NCBI RefSeq assembly: GCF_006345805.1
Contig: NW_021832231.1
Location: 248,001-312,000, forward strand
Length of the DNA stretch: 64,000 nt
Direction: 5' to 3'
From: Octopus sinensis
Lineage: Eukaryota
Of the stretch, positions 1 through 10,669 are shown one piece after another. Within the stretch, counting starts at the first letter, position 1, and every line of letters begins with the position of its first letter. The notes beneath the pieces are model-generated. The model saw nothing but the letters and a program-made list of their open reading frames with translations. It was not told where the DNA came from and made no database searches. The position numbers were made by a program, and so were the translations under genes.

Positions 1-990
1 TCTCTCCCCCATCATCGTCTGATATCTTGACACACGCATTCGACTGTCTCCTAATGGTCAGTCAGCCACCCCACCGTATTTGGTCTATGCTCGCCCCCCT
101 CCGGCCAATCACACACCCCACCTGCCCATTCGGCACTATTATCTCCTGCCTGTACTCCCCTCCCAGCCCCCTTCTATCCCTACAAATATAATCACCACTA
201 CTTTATTTATATTATTTATAATAATAGAAAATTTAATATTATTTATAATAATTATATTTAATAAATAAAATAATAATACATGGACTGGTTTATAGTGGGG
301 GATTTGACCTACGGGAATATATAAAGGAATATCCAACATATTTCCAAATGAGTTCATAGCAGTCCACCACATTCCCCACCTGCCCAGTCACCACCAACAA
401 GACTTGTGCCGAAACCACGTGAGAAGAGAACTCTGCGAGTGTGGAGGAGGCCTGAATATGACACCACAACACCACATTCTCCATTTGTTTTAAATCACCT
501 ATTTTAATCACGTGCGTCCAGAAAGAGGGGACCAGGAAGGTGACCTTCAGTAGAAAAGTTGGTTTGTCTGATTCGACTTGATAGAGACGTGCCTGTGGAG
601 GGAGAGGGGACCAAACCTCAGCATTCATCACCGTGGAGAGGGTCATTCGGAGGGAACTGAATATTTGTGACTGGGAGTGAGTGAGGGTGACTATTCTCTC
701 CACACAACTCCCATCAGATATGGAAAGGCGGCCTTCTATCAGCTATTTTAGTAATTGTTTAAATAAACGTTTTTTCTTAGTGCTTGGATTACTGCCATTC
801 TACTAATTGTGGAATAAGGCATACTTTTCCTATCAGGATGCCGGCGAGCTAATAAAGTAGTTATATATTTATACTTGATCGAGTAGTATAAACCGAATGA
901 TGACCAACGAATCACTTTCGGAGGATTGGGGAGGCTCAGATCCTTCTTATTAACTACAAATTTGCACCTATATTTGTGCTAACATCACAT
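1..990 (-). CDS. PCBP: Poly(rC)-binding/hnRNP E-like triple-KH protein, micro-intron-split; 3' end runs off the window start
   Basis: Spliced translation gives KH1 ..IRFILLDQLAGILIGK..GRLSISDGSCVERIVTLT (cf. PCBP GARINISEGNCPERIITLTG), a degenerate KH2, and KH3 IIVPNGQVGCVIGRRGASIDQIRRQSNACVKIS. Start codon not resolved. Confidence 0.7.
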
Positions 991-1914
991 AAAGAATGAT
1001 CCATAAGAACTGATTAGTTAAACAATTTATTTGTTATTTTTAATATTAATAAATTATAAATTAATTATAATCTAATATTATATTCTGCCCCAAGTAATAA
1101 TTTTTATGCGCTCCCCTGCGGAAAATAATAGTATGAGTCTCGAGGAAGCGGGATATTTGTCTGTCGGGGTGTACGAAAGCACGGAAAATTGAGTGGTTAG
1201 TCCTATCGATGGAGTCAGGAAGATGCCTCCAGCTATCATCAGCGAGGTCGACGGCTCTGGATCTCTTACATTGTCGATGCTACTAAGCAGAGGCTTGGAA
1301 GAATTTCGAGAGGAGGCTGGAAACTTATTGTGAGTGAGTACAACAGTCGATACTTAAAGAACATGGACTTATCTAATGTCAAGAAACTGATGATTCCAAA
1401 GAATCAGCAAAAGCAAAAAAACGTGCAAGAAAATGTAGGATTTATTATCAAGTCTACATCGACGAGATTTCTGATATCTTGTATGCTGCGCAATCAGCGT
1501 ATCTGTCCTTAACTTATAAAACGAGGACTAATTCTAACTGGGTTTAAGCTACGGGGAAAAATTGCAACCCTAATGGACCATCAGAATATAGTGAAAATCT
1601 ACGGAGCACTCTAGTCCGAGGAGATTATATTCTGGGAAATGGTTTTATATTGGAACCACATATTTGATCCCAAAAAAGACATCTGTGAAACACCAAACGA
1701 TCCTCTGCCCATCACGGCCCCCTTGGCTGAAGCCTAAGCTATGGATAATGGATCTGGACAGTCGTGAGTTCGATTCCGAAGGAGGCTAGTTTCATCCTGG
1801 GGTCAATTCTCGTTATCGTTCCCCTGCCCGTGAGGCAACGAGTACTTTTGGCACGACACAGTTAAAAAATGGGGATCTCTTACCTTCTTTCCGGCCTTCT
1901 TTCCGGTCTTAACA

Positions 1915-2540
1915 CAAGTCATTGTCTTTGTAGGTTCCTATGGGGGCATGTTGGCCTCCTGGATGATAATTAAGTACCCTCTTTACATCACCAGGTGGAT
2001 ATCTTCTTTCAGTTTTAATTAATGAATCAGGTCTTCAGGCGTACAAGATCCCCCTTTATAATTGACAATGCTCTTGTTCACAATATTGGAATTAGTTGTA
2101 AAGCAGGAAGAAAATGTGAACTTTTACGATTGGCCCATATTCGGGGTCGAAAATATTATCCCATGACATCAAATTCCATTTTCAGTTAATCACCTAGTTG
2201 GTTGGGTGATTATTTCTAGTCACTGAGTAGTTTAGTTAAAGGCATAGATCACACTTTTGTTAGGTGGTCATTAACTGGCTAGCCAAGATAGGTTACTCTG
2301 ATTGTAGGTTCCTTCTTGTGACCAAGAGTTTCCAAAGAGAAGGGCCCAATTTACTCGAGAACATTAAACGCTGTGGAACATACTATGTGACCATGGTTTA
2401 TTTTACAGGTCCTCTCTTTGACTTTGCCGACACTCAGTAGACTTGGTCCCCTGGGGTTGTCATGTTGAGTAATATGACGAATTGATGTGTTTGAGGGAGG
2501 GTGTGGACAATATGTTCCCCCCAATGGAGTACAACAGAAG
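1915..2540 (+). pseudogene. Degraded S28 serine peptidase (PRCP/DPP7-like) fragments
   Basis: VIVFVGSYGGMLASWMIIKYP at ~1918-1980 matches the GGSYGG nucleophile motif, and EGVDNMFPPMEYN at ~2497 matches the later GVDDMF motif. Intervening frames carry stops. Confidence 0.5.
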
Positions 2541-3106
2541 TAGGGTCAATTAATTCCCTTGGTTAAGCGCAACAGATCACAGTTTTTCTTTGGTTAGGTG
2601 ACCACTATCTCACTATGTAAGGTAGGTTAGTGACCTTTATTTGTGCCTTTTCGCAAGCCATGTTCTACTGGTGTAAACGTATTTCACTACATTAAGCAAA
2701 GATTTTAGAGCTTAATTTAGTCAGCAATGCCAATTTGGCAGAGATAGCGACAGATAATCGACTTTATTGCAAACTAAAAAGAAAGGAAGGCGACTCAGTC
2801 CCTCCTTGTAGTCCTCCAACTGACACTTTCAGTCGTGGACTCTGAAATAGCCAGACTATGACTCAGTGATGATAGACTGCGCGGTAAGGAAACCCTCGCC
2901 AAACGGAAATAGCCTGTCTAGATCACGCTTTATTGCATACGACGTCCAGCACGAAACTGAAAATTCTAGTTTACAACAAATATGAGCTCCTTTTCTGAGC
3001 TCCATTGACAATATTGATATATTGTCAATGAACGACTGATGATTAGTGAAAAATGCAGTATCTAATGATTTGTTGGAGGTTCTCGTAGATACTACAATAA
3101 ATAGTT

Positions 3107-3329
3107 CCCAAGACACTCCGCTTCCTTCGCTCGCTCGGTCGACGGATTTCAAGGACTAGTCACGATCCAAGAGAGTTTTCTTGGCTCCTGGAACGTCTGT
3201 CGATTGCTGTGATCCGAGGGAACAGCTTCGCCATTCGCGAGGCTGGTCGGGTGTCTCGTGAGGCCTTTAATTAACTTAGCTATCTTTAATTTCTTTCTTG
3301 CTTTCAGAACATAAATTGTTGTAAAAAAA
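3107..3329 (+). mobile_element. 5'-truncated 3' fragment of the CRE-clade retrotransposon, with A-rich tail and 11-bp TSD
   Basis: Near-identical reverse complement of ~3925-4152, with a handful of mismatches in the coding part. Ends GTAAAAAAAAA. Flanked by AATAAATAGTT at 3096-3106 and 3330-3340. Confidence 0.9.
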
Positions 3330-3911
3330 AATAAATAGTTAAGTTTGATCGGAAACACAAATGAGTAATTATTGAAGAAAGTTATAAGCTGGAAGATGTA
3401 TTCGTGCAATGTGCTTTCCACCGAATTATTATTGAACAACCTCACAAATTTTCTTATTTACAGATATCTTATGAATAATATTGAGTTAGCCAATTTTTGT
3501 TCAATTTATAAATGATTTATTTACGGATTTTATGGAAGTATCCAGTCATTACTCGAAATGCTTCAGACGTAAAATATTTATACAATCCGGATAAAAAAAA
3601 TTGTTGTCATTACATCTCGGAATATATGTGTAAAGTAATATATATTAACAAAAACAGTTAAAAAAATATATCAATTAAATGTCTAACCAATGAGTTATTC
3701 ACAATAAAATATGACCTATATTTAGAATGGTTCCACTTGTTCTACTTTTTGTTGGCTCTGTGATTCAAAACGAATGTGACCTAACAGAACGGTCTTCGGG
3801 AAATTTTAAAAAAATTGAATTACAAAACTGTACATTTAATACAGAACACGTTTCGACACATACAAAACACCTTATAATTCGAGATTACGTTGAATTTCCA
3901 CATAGAGAAAT

Positions 3912-6272
3912 TTTTTTTTTTTTTTTATTTTTTTTACATAAATTTAATTTATACAAACAAGACAAAAATTACAGATAGCTAAGTTAGTTAAAGGCCTCAC
4001 GAGACACCCGACCAGCCGCGCGAATGGCGAAGACGTTCCCTCGGATCACAGCAATCGACAGACGTTCCAGGAGCCAAGAAAACTCTCTTGGATCGTGACT
4101 AGTCCTTGAAATCCGTCGACCGAGCGAGCGAAGGAAGCGGAGTGTCTTGGGACCGAAGATCCCGGAGGACTCCAAGGCAATTGGAGTAAAGAGCAGCGAG
4201 TTGGACAGGTGGCCGTACTTGAGAATCTTTCGCTCCTCGGCCTGCCTGGAAGCGTGCCCAGGATTGGCGGCGGACAGCGCGAGATTTCCCAGCGAGAACG
4301 TGTCCGAGCAGGTAGAATCCCAAATAAGGGATTTCCCCTGCTCGTAGGGGAAGGTGGACATGCCGTCAGGGCGTTTGCCATCCCCTCTATCCAATCCAAC
4401 AGGTTCAAGGATAGACGGGATGCCTGCTGAGGCGAGGGCTCTCTGTACGACTGAGTTGAGTTCACTGTGACGGGGGGCACGACCGGCACTCCGCCGGCAA
4501 GCGAGGGGATGCAAACCGTACTCGTCAACAGTTCCCCCACAACGGCATTTGTGCGACTGGCAGATTTTCAGCCCGACACGGAGGGAGATTGCAATTCTTA
4601 GGCATTCCTTGTCCAACAGGTTCCCGATGGAAGGGAGAGGGAGAGCCTTTAACCAGACACCGCTGCTTTCACAGCGACCTGCACGGAGGCAAGCGACACG
4701 GTGTTGATTGGAGACAGGAAGCAGGCCTTCGAAGATTGCCTGACAAGAGATTTCGTCCCATTGGCGCTGTACAGATTGAGAGTTGGGCAGCTTCGAACCA
4801 AACCGAGCCTCCCACCGACCACGGGCTGCAGAGTAAACTTCAGACAATTTCCGTTCGGGGAGGTTTCTAAGAACGATGTCTGAGAGAGTACGAGAAGCGT
4901 GATGAGCGGATAGGAATGCCGGGAGGGCAAGATCGGAATAGGATCTCAAGCCAAGGCCACCCCAGCGCACAGGCAGGGATGCCTGAGTCCAGCCTGGATC
5001 GTCGAAAGCCAGATTGCAAAGAGAGCTCGTACCGAGCCTGAGGATATTGTCAAGGTCGGAAAGAAGGTCGCCTCTTTGAAAGCAGGGTGCACATCTTAGG
5101 GTGTAAAGGATCTTAGGGACGGAGAAGTGGTTTCGGAGGAGGAAAAAAGCCACATGAGGCTCGATGACTTTAAGCTTGTCGATCATTTTGGATAAGTGGG
5201 AAATTTTTCCAGCGAGTGAGCATTCGAGGGCAGAAGGCCCCATGGGGGCACCGAGAATCGTAAGATTTGATTTGTCCGTAATCCGGACGTCTGAGAGAAT
5301 GCCTCGGCACGTGGAAATTGAAGCAGTGAAGTCACTCGGATTTAAGGCAATGTTCACGATTTCGGATTTATTGGCGTTTATAGATAGGCCGATGTCCGAG
5401 AGGGAAGGGAGGATAGAACGAAGGTCGTCGAAAACAGCGTCGGGGGGACCGCAAATGGTTGCGTCATCCAGATACCATATGTTAACTGGGGATCGAACAG
5501 AGTGAGCGATACTGTTAACGCCCAAGGCAAAAAGGACAGGACCCAGGGGATCTCCCTGTTGGACCCCGGTGGCCGAAGAGATGGGAACATCGTCGAACAT
5601 GAGGATACTCGGAGAAGCGTATGAGAGATGTACAAGGGGATAAGCGAACGGAACCAGTTCGCGACAGCACTCCAGCAGGTGGTCACGTCTGATGGAGTTG
5701 AAAGCGTTTGAGACGTCTAGTTTGACCATGATAGCCGACTGGGAAGATTCGATGAGTTCACGGAGAGAATGAACGGCCGCTTCGCAGCCGTTTGGGACAC
5801 CGACCCCGAGTTGGGCGGGGAGAAACACTTGAGACAAAAAGGGGACAATTGCGTGGCACAGAAGTTTGGCAGAGAGCCTCCGAAAGATATTCCCAACGGC
5901 AATGGGTCTCACGCCGTTGTCCTTTTTCCCGAGGGCAGTAAGGTTGGCGGAAAAGAAAATATCACGAGCAAAATCGGGGAGGGAACCGGAGATGAAGCGG
6001 TTCCACAGGTTGGTAATTGAGCGTAGGAGTTTTCGACCAGCTTCGGCGGTAGTGGGAGACGTCAGGTCTTTCAGATGACCTGGTCTCAGACCATCTACAC
6101 CACCACTGCTTCCAGGTGAAAAGTCCCTCAGGGCTTTCAGTACAAGAGTTTCCGAGACAGCAAAAGGATTGAGAGCGAGGGTGTCAGGGGACGGCTGAGG
6201 CCTGAAGTCGTTTGGCTGAGGGGGATGTTTTTCCCTGAGGGAATTCAAACAGCAGGGGTCGTGGGCAAAAAG
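3912..6272 (-). mobile_element. CRE-clade non-LTR retrotransposon (RT plus restriction-like endonuclease), 5'-truncated, recent
   Basis: 12-bp TSD ACATAGAGAAAT at 3900-3911 and 6273-6284, and a poly(A) tail (T-run 3911-3935 on +). Much higher GC than the flanks. ORF uninterrupted. Confidence 0.95.
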
Positions 6273-6416
6273 ACATAGAGAAATATTTTCGAATTTACCC
6301 AACTTGATATCATTGTAATAACATTTCATTAATACCAGTGAGTGTCGAGGAAACTCGTTAACGAGAATACTAAACAACTCATTTGATAGAGTGATTAACT
6401 TATTCTGGATGTACAT
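3984..6416 (-). CDS. 810-aa RT-RLE ORF; the first ~48 aa derive from host flank
   Basis: RT motifs GVRPIAVG, LDVSNAFNSI, GVQQGDPLGP and WYLDD; CCHC-like CRCG..HPLAC; RLE motifs RHSELN, DGKRPDG, WDSTCSDT and ERKILKY. Confidence 0.93.
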   Translation of the reverse strand: MYIQNKLITLSNELFSILVNEFPRHSLVLMKCYYNDIKLGKFENISLCLFAHDPCCLNSLREKHPPQPNDFRPQPSPDTLALNPFAVSETLVLKALRDFSPGSSGGVDGLRPGHLKDLTSPTTAEAGRKLLRSITNLWNRFISGSLPDFARDIFFSANLTALGKKDNGVRPIAVGNIFRRLSAKLLCHAIVPFLSQVFLPAQLGVGVPNGCEAAVHSLRELIESSQSAIMVKLDVSNAFNSIRRDHLLECCRELVPFAYPLVHLSYASPSILMFDDVPISSATGVQQGDPLGPVLFALGVNSIAHSVRSPVNIWYLDDATICGPPDAVFDDLRSILPSLSDIGLSINANKSEIVNIALNPSDFTASISTCRGILSDVRITDKSNLTILGAPMGPSALECSLAGKISHLSKMIDKLKVIEPHVAFFLLRNHFSVPKILYTLRCAPCFQRGDLLSDLDNILRLGTSSLCNLAFDDPGWTQASLPVRWGGLGLRSYSDLALPAFLSAHHASRTLSDIVLRNLPERKLSEVYSAARGRWEARFGSKLPNSQSVQRQWDEISCQAIFEGLLPVSNQHRVACLRAGRCESSGVWLKALPLPSIGNLLDKECLRIAISLRVGLKICQSHKCRCGGTVDEYGLHPLACRRSAGRAPRHSELNSVVQRALASAGIPSILEPVGLDRGDGKRPDGMSTFPYEQGKSLIWDSTCSDTFSLGNLALSAANPGHASRQAEERKILKYGHLSNSLLFTPIALESSGIFGPKTLRFLRSLGRRISRTSHDPREFSWLLERLSIAVIRGNVFAIRAAGRVSREAFN

Positions 6417-6751
6417 TCAAATATTTTAAATCACTAGACAACTTTATTTATGCAGTAATCTTCGTTACATTGATGTAAATGCCTTTGCAAGTCTACACAC
6501 TTTAACAGAGCTGTAAAAATCCTATTTTTGCATTAAAGTTATATGCCAACAGATATCATTTTTCTACCACCAAAAATCATTAGTTCGCTCAAAATTTTGT
6601 ATTTTACATTACTGACTGTGTAGTATTACTGAGAGAACGAAAATGTGCATGTACACGCCTTCATCAGTGCAACCCACTATGTATACTTTATTATTCTCAT
6701 ATAAGGATTACGAAAGTGACTAATGAACTAGGTTGGCTGTCCATTGAATTA

Positions 6752-7400
6752 GACACCAAAAGTGTAGAAATTACTACAAATCAAGTTAATGGAGTAATAC
6801 TAATCACAGCACAAGCAGATGGTGTGTTTGTTTACTCACAATAGATTGCAACCGCTGCCGATACCCTAATCCCAGCAATCTTCTATGCACAGAAGATTTT
6901 CCTTAAATTAAAAATTTCGGTGTTCTAATTTACTAACCTGATTATTTGTTCCAATTTTTCTTTGTTCCACTTTTTAGCTCTATTAGTGTTAGATGCGCTA
7001 GTCACAAAGATAAATCATAATTTGAAAAAGATACATGTCGAGCACTAAGATTTGACCCTCTGTAAAAAGACGTTCCCGATTGTAATCTCCATTGGTATCT
7101 TAATCCTGAAATGGACAGCTATTCAGAATTCTCTTAATATGACTTTATTGACATTAATGTGATTGATTATTCATTCTAATATTTCTTTGCTTCTTGCTCT
7201 GTCTGACAAAAGCGTAAAAATAAATGCAAATCGAGCTCGAGAGGCAGCACTAATCACGGAGGATGCCTATGGTGTGTTAGTTTACTCACAATAGATTGCA
7301 ATCCCTGCCGATATCCCGCATCAAGCAATCTTCTATGCGGAAGGGATTGTGCTTAATTTAAATATTCGGATGTCATTAATTAACTAACCTAATTATTCAT
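6752..7400 (+). repeat. Diverged direct repeat (~6752-6952 and ~7204-7400) duplicating the last two exons of the LRR gene
   Basis: Both copies share the 23-nt intron GTGTGTT..CACAATAG and a Cys-rich terminal exon (DCNRCRYPNPSNLLC vs DCNPCRYPASSNLLC), and the sequence downstream of the stop is also similar. Confidence 0.8.
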
Positions 7401-7792
7401 TCTTGTTCCTCGTTTGCGACACCACTTGCCAGAAATTCTTTCTTAGATGCTAATCATGGATAAAACACAATCTTCCCCCGCTTTAATAAATGTGGCATTC
7501 CTGTAAAAATGTAATTTAAACTACAATCATGCAAACAATTTAGTGTTCATATCCCTAATGAATAAACTAGTCGCTAATCCTGTGAGAGAAGAAGAATTTG
7601 TCAACTTGGACTTTTAACTACCCACTGAAAATCTCAAAGAATAGGAATCATCCCTCGTTGGCCAATACAAACAGTCTCAGCTTCTGAAGATAATGACGAT
7701 GGCTCAGATAAGCAAACAGAGCCAGAAAATATAGAGAAATTACTACGCACAAATGTTTAAAAAATGCTAAATCTGCCACTTTGTTTGCATTC

Positions 7793-8627
7793 AAGACCCT
7801 GCATTACTCGATCCCGTCGACAGACTGATTTATCCAAAAAATAAAACGAGTGCTAAATCGAGGCTAAAAACGAGGCAATCCTTATTGACAAATTTTTATT
7901 AATTTCACTTTGTCGTTATAAGTAAATTTGATGACTTGTGCAATATACCGGTCTCCCCTCTATAGGAATCTGTTTAGAGTGATTTGATTGTATATAATAA
8001 AATTATTTGTCACCCTTCGTCCCCTTTGTCCTATATTTATTTTGAAGGAATAATACTTAAGTAATAATGAAATGTTTTAATATTTTCGGCGACTCATCTA
8101 ATTTAGTTAACTTCTTAATTTCGCCCCTGATATAGAATTTTAATAAGTTTTCTTCTTTTGTTTATTAAATTTAACATTGTAATTTCTGTTCTGATTATTT
8201 TTTACTGCAGCTGTTTTTTTGCCAGTTTCATCACTTAAAAAAATGTGAAAGGATACATGTTTATCAAATTTTCGGTTGAGTACTTTTATTTGTATGTCAT
8301 TATTGTTTTAATCCAGAAGTTGTTTTTATTGTTACAAATTATAAAGTATACAATCCATAGTCGAATAATCACTGGCCAGATTATATATGTCGACTACGAC
8401 CTCAGTTGTTTGCCTGAATGTCAGTTCTAAGCAATGTTGTATAGGATTTGTGTGCGAGGGGAACAATCAAAATGAATATCGAAAGACCCTGTATTACTCG
8501 ATCCCGTGAACAGACTGATCTATCCAAACAATAAAACGATTGCTAAATCGAGGCTAAAAACGAGGCAATTCTTATTGACAAATTTTTATTAATTTTACTG
8601 TTTCGCTTTGTCGTTATAAGTAAATTT
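7793..8627 (+). repeat. ~140-bp direct repeat (7793-7929 and 8483-8627)
   Basis: AAGACCCTG(C/T)ATTACTCGATCCCG...TTATAAGTAAATTT occurs twice at high identity. Both copies keep an open frame, DP(A/V)LLDPV(D/N)RLIYP..SRLKTRQ..LTNFY*. Confidence 0.85.
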
Positions 8628-8699
8628 AGGAAAAAATAGTCAAAAATGAACATTTTATTGAACGGCAGAACACACAGGTGGCTAAGTCTGGCCAGGACC

Positions 8700-9670
8700 T
8701 GTTAGATGAGGGAAATGGAGGAAGCCAAGATCAAGCAGGAGGCTCAGATGGACCTTCTGACCAGCAGGGACAATCAATTGCGGTTTCAGAAGAACGGGGC
8801 AGTAACGCTCGCGATGTTCCTAAAATAAATTTACGAGTTTTACCAAATTGCCTTTTTAGCTTTCTCTTCGCTCGCATCCATGTGTTCTCAATATTTGAGT
8901 ATGGATGGAGCGGTCCAAAGGGTGAACAAAATGTTCGGAGTGATTTATCGCAGAATGTGAATAAATCCTTCGTCCAATGTGCACAATCCCACTATAGGCT
9001 GCCCAACCATCAGTAATGATATAGGTGCCGGGAAGTTCACGTCGAACGATAACTTCATTGAGTGTTTCCACTGTCTTGTCTAAAGGATAAATGGAAAAAA
9101 GAACCTGCAACTTCTTCAAAAAAGCACTTTCTAGTTTCCCTGTCTATTCCACCCAATACCCAATGGCCTGGTCGCCAATGACCTCGATGGTACTTTCTGT
9201 GAAAAAATTTGCACTCGTCGATTTCCACTATCGACTCTTCTAAAAATTAAAATTAAATGAATTACGTAATGTATCTTCATTAACCACGAGTCTCCCAAGT
9301 TTAATAGGAGCATTTGCAAGAGACACCGTAATAAGTTCTCTGCAAAAGTTCGTCCAATCTGTAATCGTATTTTGCGAAATTTCTAGTTCGTACGAGATGA
9401 GATTTTCTGGGTAATTTAATGCCCACATATACGTAAGCATCAAAATTTTCGCTAACAGTAAATGACTTCCTAAAATTAGTTTAAGGATGACTTACTGGAA
9501 AACCAGCTGTTCATTCTTATACTTCGAGAAGTTTTGCATGGAATGCATAACCAAATTGCGTTGTCCACGTTATCGCCGAAGAGCCTGTTATAGAGACAAT
9601 AACCGGTTATATTCCTGCATTATTTGCTCATCAGACTTGATTGCAGCCGCATCAACAATAGACAAACCCA
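8700..9670 (-). mobile_element. Merlin (IS1016/ISXO2-like) DDE transposase, frameshifted
   Basis: WLCIPCKTSRSIRMNSWF zinc ribbon; IVEIDECKFFHRKYHRGHWRPGHWVLGGIDRETRKC; GTYIITDGWAAY..INHSEHFVHP..HTQ. TIRs not identified. Confidence 0.85.
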
Positions 9671-9751
9671 TTTAAAATTAAACAATCCCGTTAAAATTAA
9701 CTTAAATTAATAAAAATAATTAAATCATTGCTTAACGTCGGGATTTATACC

Positions 9752-10669
9752 ATGACTATAAATTGGAGATTACTCAGAACGTACCCTGAAGAGTTATACT
9801 TGGAAGACCTCGATGGAGTCATATTAGAACGGACTATACATTTGAAACAACTCGAGAAACTGTCCACAAAATGCCCCTAATCCTGCAGATCTCAAGGAGG
9901 AGACGATGAGAACTCTCAGTCGAGTCTCAATGGACACAGACTACGACTAATCGTGGCTCAAAATGAAGACCGTTGTCTCACAACTCACCAAATCACTCAC
10001 CAATTAGACTAGAAAACGCGAATGTGACCTAAAAGTACAAGATAAATTAACAAAATCAAGGCAAAAAACCTGGCCAACTCTCGACAGGCACACGAGGACA
10101 TTCTCCTCAGAATAGGAAGGAGACCTCAAAACTGGGAGATCTCCTGTCGAAAGTATCCCTAAAAGAGGAGGAGTTGACAGTTCTGGAGTCAGAAAGGAAA
10201 GAAGGTGAGAGAGAAATAAAAGAATTAATGGTATAATAAATAAACTAATACCTGCGTGATGAATATGAGGAGATGGAGACACAGGTGATGGAGGGACGTC
10301 GGACATGTGACATCATCCGGGAGGAATATGAAAAGTATGACCAAGGACTGAGTAGTCTGTTCGACCAAATATATATAAAACACGCCAATTGGACCAACTA
10401 GTAGGCATTGGTCACATTTGTAGGACAGTAGGATTGCCAGTCTGGGTAGGATTTGTGGTGAGGTGTGGCAACTAAAGTGTAAGGACAGTCAACTGCGGGC
10501 ATGTGAGGAGATTGCCTTCCAGGACGTGTGTGAGAGGATAAGTGAGTGTGGACTGTCCATTAAGGAGGGCAGAGAACAGTCCATCCAACACCTTCACAGA
10601 ATTCGTTGTAAATTGAATGATTTGGAAAATGTATGCACGTTCACTCAATTAGATTTACTCGACCAATGA
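9752..10669 (+). CDS. Unidentified multi-exon coiled-coil gene or fragment (weak CEP290 N-terminus-like motifs)
   Basis: Higher-GC segments separated by micro-intron-like GT..AG tracts; peptides MTINWRLLRTYPEEL, LSKVSLKEEELTVLESERKEGEREIKELM, LRDEYEEMETQVMEG and WQLKCKDSQL. Exon joins not fully resolved. Confidence 0.35.

Larger units (their letters stand above)
3727..6906 (+). pseudogene. Secreted leucine-rich-repeat protein gene disrupted by the CRE insertion
   Basis: Removing the element and one TSD restores an open spliced frame: MVPLVLLFVGSVIQ (signal-like)...FPHREIFSNLPNLISFECRGNSLTRILNNSFDRVINLFWIQLYLCSNLRYIDVNAFASLHTLTEL...DCNRCRYPNPSNLLCTEDFP*. It has six GT-AG introns of 23-27 nt, the first five in phase 2 as is typical of LRR exons. 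Confidence 0.8.

Noticed and set aside
1555-1660. Kinase subdomain III-IV-like peptide IATLMDHQNIVKIYGAL
   Set aside because: It is too short, flanked by stops, and has no other kinase motifs nearby, so it cannot be supported as a feature.
4046-6078. Numerous 60-164 aa ORFs overlapping the CRE element
   Set aside because: They are antisense or alternate-frame shadows of a GC-rich RT ORF.
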